Below are positions 57,801 through 64,000 of a stretch of 64,000 nucleotides of DNA, piece after piece. This DNA is from an uncultured Candidatus Saccharibacteria bacterium (GTDB taxonomy: Bacteria > Patescibacteriota > Minisyncoccia > Phycocordibacterales > UBA918): positions 18,696 through 82,695 of the forward strand of contig CAYGTV010000001.1 in assembly GCA_964353135.1 (NCBI GenBank), read 5' to 3'. Each line of letters opens with the position of its first letter. The first letter of the stretch is position 1. Made by a program: the position numbers and the translations under genes. The notes beneath the pieces were generated by a model that was not told the DNA's origin, did not search any database, and saw only the letters and a list, made by a program, of their open reading frames with translations.

Positions 57801-58056
57801 AGAAATGGAAGTGTGGGCACTCCTGGGATATGGAGCAGCCTATACACTACGAGAAATGCTCACTATCAAATCTGACGATATCATCGGGCGATCAGCGGCA
57901 TTTGACGCTATTGTGCGAGGAGAGAAGATCAGTCACCCCCATACACCAGCCGCGTTTAACGTTCTGTTGAACCAGCTGCGAGGATTGGCGCTTGATGTGA
58001 GACTAGAAAAAGATGAACGACCACGACGAAATTACCAGGAAGCTGAATCAGCTTAA
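54838..58056 (+). CDS. rpoB: DNA-directed RNA polymerase beta subunit (short form)
   Basis: Conserved RpoB blocks throughout, for example [14 protein letters not shown] and [20 protein letters not shown]; 1072 aa. Start uncertain among in-frame ATGs at 54838, 54856 and 54871. Confidence 0.9.
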   Translation: [1072 protein letters not shown]

Positions 58057-58067
58057 TTAGTTTGCTT

Positions 58068-61000
58068 ATGTCTGAAGAATCAACATTCAAAAAAACTGAG
58101 TTCAAGAAGCCGCCGATGATCCCAACAAACTACACCAGTGTTGGACTAAAATTAGCTGATCCAGAGACTATCCTAGAGTGGTCATGGGGAGAAGTTACCA
58201 AACCAGAAACTATCAACTATCGAACCCAACGTCCTGAAAAGCACGGTTTGTTTGATGAACGAATTTTTGGTCCTGTAGAAGACTACGAATGTAGTTGTAA
58301 AAAGTACCGAGGAATCCGTTACAAAGGAATCATTTGTGAAAAATGTGGAGTTGAAATCACTCGAGCAATCGTACGACGTGATCGAATGGGACACATTGAT
58401 CTGTGTGTACCAGTATCACACATCTGGTTCCTGCGTGGAGTTCCTTCACGAATTGCTATGATCCTTGGGATTACTGCATCATCAGTAGAAAAGGTAATTT
58501 ATTTTGCCGGCTACATCATCACAAAAGTAAGTGAGGCTGACCGAGCGCGTATTTTATCTGAACTAGACACCGAATTTAAAACCAAGCTGAAAGCGCTACA
58601 AAACGAAGAAGCACGTGAAGCCCTCAAAGTGCGGGCAGACGAGACTGCAAAGGAGATTAAATCAATCCAGCAGGGAACTGTTTTGGATGAAGCAACATTC
58701 CATAAATTCTCAATCAAGTACTCGACTTTGTTTGAAGCACGAATTGGTGCCGAAGCAATTTACGATCTGTTTAAAGAAATCGATCTAACCGTATTGGTAC
58801 AAGAACTAGAAGAGCGATACACCAAGGCTGGAGCAATGGAACGACTAAAAATCGACAAGCGGCTAACCTTGATCCGAGGGATGCTGCACGCGGGCGTTCG
58901 ACCAGAGTGGCTGTTCCTAACCCGACTCCCGGTGGTACCACCAGCGATTCGACCGATGGTTGCACTGGAAGGTGGGCGACATGCGTCATCTGACCTCAAC
59001 GATCTCTACCGTCGAGTAATCAACCGAAACAACCGTTTGAAAAAGCTGATCGACATCATGGCACCTGACGTGATCCTACGAAACGAAAAACGAATCATGC
59101 AGGAGGCTGTCGATGCATTGATCGACAACTCTATCCGACATGGTGGCGGTGCGTACTCAGCCATGAGTCAGGCACAACGCCGACCACTCAAGTCACTATC
59201 TGACTACCTAAAAAGTAAGCAAGGATACTTCCGACAGAACCTGCTTGGAAAGCGAGTGGACTACTCTGGACGATCAGTGATTGTTATTGGTCCTGATCTA
59301 GCGCTTGACCAAGCTGGTCTACCAAAACACATGGCGCTGGAACTGTTTAGACCATTTGTGATTGCGCAACTACTGAAGCAAGAGTTGGCCTACAACATCC
59401 GTGGAGCAGGACGTCTGATCGAAGACGGAGTGCCAGAAGTGTGGGCAATCCTTGAGGACATCATCAAGCATAAATATGTGATGCTTAACCGTGCACCGAC
59501 CCTTCACCGTCAGGGTATCCAGGCGTTCCGTCCGGTTCTTATTGAAGGTAATGCGATCCAAGTTCATCCACTCGTGTGTAAGGCTTTTAACGCCGACTTC
59601 GACGGAGACCAGATGGCGGTCCACGTGCCACTGTCTGACGAGGCGCAGTTGGAGGCAAAGATGATCATCTCTGCCAACAACAACATCCTCAAGCCAGGGT
59701 CTAGTGAACCAGTTGTATCAGAAGGACTCATGGACATCGCCCTTGGAGCGTTTTGGATGACGCGAATGGTTGATGGGGCAAAGGGAGAAGGTAAAGCCTT
59801 TTCTTCACCAAACGACGCCATCAACGCGTACGACTATGACGTTATTGATCTGCGAGCCAAAGTAAAAGTGCTAGCTACCGATACACCTAAATATGCCCAG
59901 TACGAAGGAGGCATCTTTGAAACAACCGTTGGTCGGCTATTGTTCAACGCAGTACTACCAAGTGACCATGATTTTGTAAATGAACAATTAGGTCAACGTG
60001 AACTATTCCAAATCATCATTGACTTGATTGATGAACAAGGAACAGAGATCGTTCCAAAAATGGTCGACAAGATCAAAAAGAACGGGTTCAAGTTCGCTAC
60101 AAAATCAGGAACTACCTGGGGAATTGACGAGGTGGTCATCCCGGCAGAAAAAGCAGCTTTGGTAGCCGAAGGACGAGAGAAAGAGCGAGAAGTGCTCGAG
60201 CACTACAACGAAGGACTTCTTTCACGAGAAGAGCGAAAACGGCAGATTACTGCAATCTGGCATGTTACCAAAGACGCCATTGAAAAGAAGATCGAAGAGC
60301 AAATGGAAGTCGATGGTTCAGCGTACACGATGTGGAAATCAGGAGCTCGAGGATCAATCCGACAGATCTCGCAGATGACTGGTATGAAGGGTCTTATTCT
60401 AAACACTCGAGGTGAAACGATTGAAGCTCCGGTTATTTCTTCTTTCAAAGAAGGTCTTTCACCGATGGAGTACTTCAACACGACTCACGGTTCACGAAAA
60501 GGTCTTGCTGACACTGCACTCCAGACTGCAAAGGCTGGGTACCTAACCCGACGACTCTTCGTGGTAGCGCAAGATGCGATTGTGACTGAGGCTAACTGTA
60601 AAACGAAAGCGGGAACACTGATCAGTCGAATTTCAGCTTCTGGAATCGAGATTGCATTCAGTAAAGCGATCAAGGGACGAATCCTAGCAGCAGACGCAGT
60701 CGATTCAAAAGGAAATGTGATCTTTAAAAAGGGTCACCTGATGACAAGGCGGGATGCTATCGCAGTTGAAGAAACAACCTGTGAATCAGTAGAGGTGCGA
60801 TCACCAATGACCTGTGCGACACTCCGAGGAGTGTGTCAGCAGTGTTATGGAACTGACCTCACAAAGAATGAGCTGGTAGACATCGGAGAAGCCGTTGGAA
60901 CAATTGCCGCTCAAGCGATTGGTGAGCCAGGAACGCAGCTAACGATGAACACCAAGCACAAGGCTGGTACAGCAACTGCTGAAGGTGACGTAGCACAGGG

Positions 61001-61754
61001 TCTTCCTCGAGTAGAAGAAGTGTTCGAAAAACGACAGCCAAAGATTCCAGCGGTTATCGCCAAGTACAACGGTCTCGTTACAGAAATTCGAACCGAAGGA
61101 CGAGAGCGGACAATTGTGGTTGCGCCTGACATGACTGCAGAAAAAGCTCCATCTAAAAAGGATTCGACTGAATACACTGTTGACTATCGTCGACAGGAGA
61201 CAGTATCAAAGGGTGATACGGTCAAACGAGGTCAGCTACTAACAGACGGTTCAGCTCTACTGCCGGAACTCTTCAAGTTCGCTGGACAAGAAGCAACTCA
61301 GGACTACATCATTTCTGAAGTGAACAAGATTTACGAACTGCAAGGTGTGACAATCTCACGAAAGCACATCGAGCTGATCGTAAAACAAATGATGTCACGA
61401 AAGAAAATCACGCACCGAGGTGACTCACGATTTACTCCAGGAGAAGTGGTGGAAGAGTGGGTAATCGAGGAAGAAAACACCAAACTAAAAGCAGAAGGAA
61501 AGGATATTGCTAAAGGTGAGCGACTCATTATGGGTATCACTGAAACATCACTATCACGAAAATCATTCCTTTCTGCAGCGTCATTCCAAAATACCACCCG
61601 AGTGCTTATCAACGCAGCCGTTCGCGGAAGTGAAGATAACCTCGCCGGTTTGATGGAAAACGTGATCATCGGAAAACTAATCCCAGCCGGATCAGGATTC
61701 AAAGGGTCAAAGAAATACGACATGATCAAAGAGCTACAAGCGAATCAGGACTAA
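58068..61754 (+). CDS. rpoC: DNA-directed RNA polymerase beta' subunit
   Basis: Zinc-binding N-terminus [23 protein letters not shown]; catalytic NADFDGD motif; 1230 aa. ATG at 58068; the track start at 58062 is TTG. Confidence 0.9.
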   Translation: MSEESTFKKTEFKKPPMIPTNYTSVGLKLADPETILEWSWGEVTKPETINYRTQRPEKHGLFDERIFGPVEDYECSCKKYRGIRYKGIICEKCGVEITRAIVRRDRMGHIDLCVPVSHIWFLRGVPSRIAMILGITASSVEKVIYFAGYIITKVSEADRARILSELDTEFKTKLKALQNEEAREALKVRADETAKEIKSIQQGTVLDEATFHKFSIKYSTLFEARIGAEAIYDLFKEIDLTVLVQELEERYTKAGAMERLKIDKRLTLIRGMLHAGVRPEWLFLTRLPVVPPAIRPMVALEGGRHASSDLNDLYRRVINRNNRLKKLIDIMAPDVILRNEKRIMQEAVDALIDNSIRHGGGAYSAMSQAQRRPLKSLSDYLKSKQGYFRQNLLGKRVDYSGRSVIVIGPDLALDQAGLPKHMALELFRPFVIAQLLKQELAYNIRGAGRLIEDGVPEVWAILEDIIKHKYVMLNRAPTLHRQGIQAFRPVLIEGNAIQVHPLVCKAFNADFDGDQMAVHVPLSDEAQLEAKMIISANNNILKPGSSEPVVSEGLMDIALGAFWMTRMVDGAKGEGKAFSSPNDAINAYDYDVIDLRAKVKVLATDTPKYAQYEGGIFETTVGRLLFNAVLPSDHDFVNEQLGQRELFQIIIDLIDEQGTEIVPKMVDKIKKNGFKFATKSGTTWGIDEVVIPAEKAALVAEGREKEREVLEHYNEGLLSREERKRQITAIWHVTKDAIEKKIEEQMEVDGSAYTMWKSGARGSIRQISQMTGMKGLILNTRGETIEAPVISSFKEGLSPMEYFNTTHGSRKGLADTALQTAKAGYLTRRLFVVAQDAIVTEANCKTKAGTLISRISASGIEIAFSKAIKGRILAADAVDSKGNVIFKKGHLMTRRDAIAVEETTCESVEVRSPMTCATLRGVCQQCYGTDLTKNELVDIGEAVGTIAAQAIGEPGTQLTMNTKHKAGTATAEGDVAQGLPRVEEVFEKRQPKIPAVIAKYNGLVTEIRTEGRERTIVVAPDMTAEKAPSKKDSTEYTVDYRRQETVSKGDTVKRGQLLTDGSALLPELFKFAGQEATQDYIISEVNKIYELQGVTISRKHIELIVKQMMSRKKITHRGDSRFTPGEVVEEWVIEEENTKLKAEGKDIAKGERLIMGITETSLSRKSFLSAASFQNTTRVLINAAVRGSEDNLAGLMENVIIGKLIPAGSGFKGSKKYDMIKELQANQD

Positions 61755-61774
61755 TACCACCTACTTCGTTATGC

Positions 61775-61838
61775 TACGCAAAAAGCCGCTCACTGGGCAT
61801 TCGCCCCATTCGCGGCTTTTTGCTTGCCCTCCTTACAG
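61775..61838. repeat. structured terminator-like repeat element, copy 2 (downstream of rpoC)
   Basis: Outer stem AAAAAGCCGC/GCGGCTTTTT with inner hairpin GGGCattcGCCC; paralogous to 26829..26895 with compensatory inner-stem changes. Confidence 0.7.
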
Positions 61839-62058
61839 GAGCTGTACATCTTTTGGCTTTTTTGTTCGCAAGCTCCAAAATATCTCAAAAGGTCTTGCGA
61901 AAGTCTCCCAGACTTTCTCACCTCGTATCTGACATCATCCTGATTCACTTGTTTCCAGGAGCTTATTTAGATAAAACACCCTGGCAGCTATTTTGGATAC
62001 GCTGCAGCGATAATGCTCTGAGCGAGGACTCGGATTCAAATAGCCGCCAGAGTGTGCG

Positions 62059-63159
62059 CTACAGGCTCGCTTTTACACTCATCACTCGGTTATACGCCTC
62101 AAATACTCGTTCGCGTGATAACTCGCCAGTCTCTACCGCCTTGATTACAGCAGCTACTGTGCTGCTGGCATTTTCTGGCTCGGCTGCGAGCATGATCATG
62201 TCTGCACCGGCTTGGAGCGCCAGGACAGCCGCTTCCTCATAGCTCCAGCGGTCACTGATGGCTTGCATGGCAAGGTCGTCTGTAATGATGATTCCATCGT
62301 AACCGATGCGATCGCGTAGGTCAGTCAGAACAATTGGTGACACAGTAGCAGGGAAGTCAGGGTCGAGTGCTGGTACCAAAACATGAGCCGTCATCAGCAT
62401 TTTTGTGTCACCTAGTGCGATTAGGTCAGTAAACTGTTGGGTATGCAAAATGTATTCCTTGGTTGTCATATCAAGACGAGGAAGGGCGAGGTGTGAATCA
62501 TCGCTGGTGTCAGGGTGACCAGGAAAGTGTTTAGGGACGGCGACCACACCATTTTCCAGATAACCGCGTACCATCGCATCTGCTAGCGGTGCAATCATCT
62601 CAGGGTCTCGAAAGACTCGTGGATACATAAAAGAATCAGACGACACGCTACTATCCAATACCGGCGCATAGTTAGCATTGATACCGAGCATTTGTAGAGC
62701 AGTTGCTCGCTCACTTGCTACATCATACGCTGTAGCTTTGTCGGTAATGCTTCGCTGAGCTGTCTGAATGTGGGCACTGCCACGCAATCTCGATACCACC
62801 CCACCTTCCTGATCAATACTGATGAGCAATGGAGTTTCTGCTGTAGCTTGCCAGTTCCTGGTCCAGTCAGCTACTACTGATTCACTCCCAGGCGCTGACA
62901 TAATAATCACACTCCCTAGCTGCAAATCGCGCACCCGGGCTGCAGTAGTGCTCGCTTCCATGTTTGCCCAGTGTCCAACTGCAAATAATTGTCCCACCTG
63001 GGTTTCTAGTGGAATGGATTCATATTCAGGGGCAACAGCCTGTTGAACAAGCTCTGGAATCAGATTGTGGTGTTCTGTCTCAAAATTAAAATAAAGCAAT
63101 ATTCCGAGGGTTCCGATGAATAGAGCAATGATAGCGAGGATTTTTGTAAACATGTCCAT
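62059..63159 (-). CDS. glycoside hydrolase family 3 protein (NagZ-like beta-N-acetylhexosaminidase), membrane-anchored
   Basis: N-terminal TM; the KHFPGHP motif matches the GH3 KHFPGHG motif; GH3 N-terminal catalytic domain. Confidence 0.75.
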   Translation of the reverse strand: MDMFTKILAIIALFIGTLGILLYFNFETEHHNLIPELVQQAVAPEYESIPLETQVGQLFAVGHWANMEASTTAARVRDLQLGSVIIMSAPGSESVVADWTRNWQATAETPLLISIDQEGGVVSRLRGSAHIQTAQRSITDKATAYDVASERATALQMLGINANYAPVLDSSVSSDSFMYPRVFRDPEMIAPLADAMVRGYLENGVVAVPKHFPGHPDTSDDSHLALPRLDMTTKEYILHTQQFTDLIALGDTKMLMTAHVLVPALDPDFPATVSPIVLTDLRDRIGYDGIIITDDLAMQAISDRWSYEEAAVLALQAGADMIMLAAEPENASSTVAAVIKAVETGELSRERVFEAYNRVMSVKASL

Positions 63160-63341
63160 GTAATTGTATCAAAAATACCACCCGTGGGTGGCAGTGACAC
63201 ATTCTCTATGCGTCAAGGATGAGCGTCAGACTAAACTTACAAACCTGACGTGTGAGTTGTTGAATTGATTCAATTCTACCCTAATCATACCTAAAGCTGG
63301 CTTTCGCATCAAACTGAATATTCGCGTATACTGTTATCAAT

Positions 63342-64000
63342 ATGTCAGACGCGGTTCAGCAAATCAAAGATAAACTCAGTATTGTCGACATTATCTCACC
63401 GTATGTCGAGTTGCATAAAGCGGGGAAAAACTACAAAGGCCGCTCGCCATTTTCAGCCGAAAAAACTCCATCTTTTTATGTTTCTCCAGACCGAGGGATG
63501 TACTACTGTTTCTCTACCTCTCAGGGTGGCGACATGTTTAACTTTGTCCAGGTTATGGAAGGAGTTGATTTTCGTGAGGCGCTCAAAATTCTAGCTGACA
63601 AAGCTGGGGTGGAGCTAGTGAAAGAAGATCCAAAGAAACGAACTGAGCGTGATCACTGGTATGCAGCGCTAGATGAAGCAACCACGTTTTACCAAGCTGA
63701 GCTAGAAAAAGAACCAGAAGCATATGAGTACCTCAAAAATCGTGGGGTCACTGCGCAGACGGTTGCAGCATGGAGAATCGGCTACGCACCAGGTCCACCA
63801 AAAGGTGGTTGGCGTGAAGTGAAAGAAGCCCTGGAGCCAAAAGGGTACACGTCAGAAGAATTGCTTACCGTTGGTCTCGTTAAAAAAACTGAAGGTGGAA
63901 AAGAACCGTTTGATGTATTCCGTGATCGGATCGTATTCCCGATGGCTGACAGTAGTGGAAAAGTGGTGGCGTTTTCTGGACGGATTTTGCACCCAAATGA
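63342..64000 (+). CDS. dnaG: DNA primase (5' part; continues beyond the window)
   Basis: MSDAVQQIKDKLSIVDIISPYVEL...GRSPFSAEKTPSFYVS is the zinc-finger CHC2 region; the TOPRIM domain begins before the window ends. Confidence 0.8.
   Translation, partial: MSDAVQQIKDKLSIVDIISPYVELHKAGKNYKGRSPFSAEKTPSFYVSPDRGMYYCFSTSQGGDMFNFVQVMEGVDFREALKILADKAGVELVKEDPKKRTERDHWYAALDEATTFYQAELEKEPEAYEYLKNRGVTAQTVAAWRIGYAPGPPKGGWREVKEALEPKGYTSEELLTVGLVKKTEGGKEPFDVFRDRIVFPMADSSGKVVAFSGRILHPN

Noticed and set aside
61820-62242. A 140-aa plus-strand ORF after rpoC
   Set aside because: It starts inside the rpoC terminator repeat and overlaps the 3' end of the convergent GH3 gene by about 180 nt. It has no ribosome-binding site or domain and is likely spurious.
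1-64000. CRISPR arrays, rRNA genes, transposases or integrases
   Set aside because: I saw no regularly spaced short direct repeats, no rRNA-like conserved blocks, and no ORF with transposase or integrase motifs on either strand. The only repeated DNA noted is the two-copy terminator-like element and the paralogous Ig-repeat coding sequence.

Overview
This 64 kb window is a gene-dense bacterial chromosomal segment, with about 45% GC over most of its length and one ~1.1 kb GC-rich patch. Housekeeping blocks: gap-rpiB-rpe-split tkt, pfkB/fba, L25, L31-prfA, S2-tsf, an ABC exporter, tRNA-Thr(UGU), pheS-[SDR]-pheT, gyrB, thrS, dnaE, rnhB, L32, nusB-Nudix, rnc, three prepilins, a short SMC, RNase R, S16-KH-trmD, rpoB-rpoC, a GH3 hydrolase and the start of dnaG. 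Between them sit cell-envelope modules: DUF2341/LamG and FN3 surface proteins at the left edge; a processive GT2 glycosyltransferase plus a PEGA-like membrane protein; and a sortase-centred locus (26986-35607) with two giant Cys-bracketed Ig-repeat proteins carrying a shared variant VPxTG-type sorting signal. Many essential proteins are short forms: PheS 246 aa, PheT 650 aa, RpoB 1072 aa, SMC 747 aa with no recognisable hinge, and ThrS without a TGS domain. Several carry acidic or Ala/Glu/Lys-rich C-terminal tails. Together with the type IV pilins and sortase this fits a reduced-genome, Gram-positive-like or Patescibacteria/CPR-type organism, but I cannot fix the taxonomy from sequence alone. 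The most unusual items are the sortase/surface-protein locus with its GC-rich insert, a NusB-Nudix fusion, a twice-occurring ~65-nt structured terminator-like repeat with covariation (one copy flanked by 20-bp inverted repeats that include the gyrB stop codon), a T-box-like motif in the long thrS leader, an SDR gene inside the pheST operon, and several long intergenic hairpins. I saw no CRISPR array, rRNA or obvious transposase.
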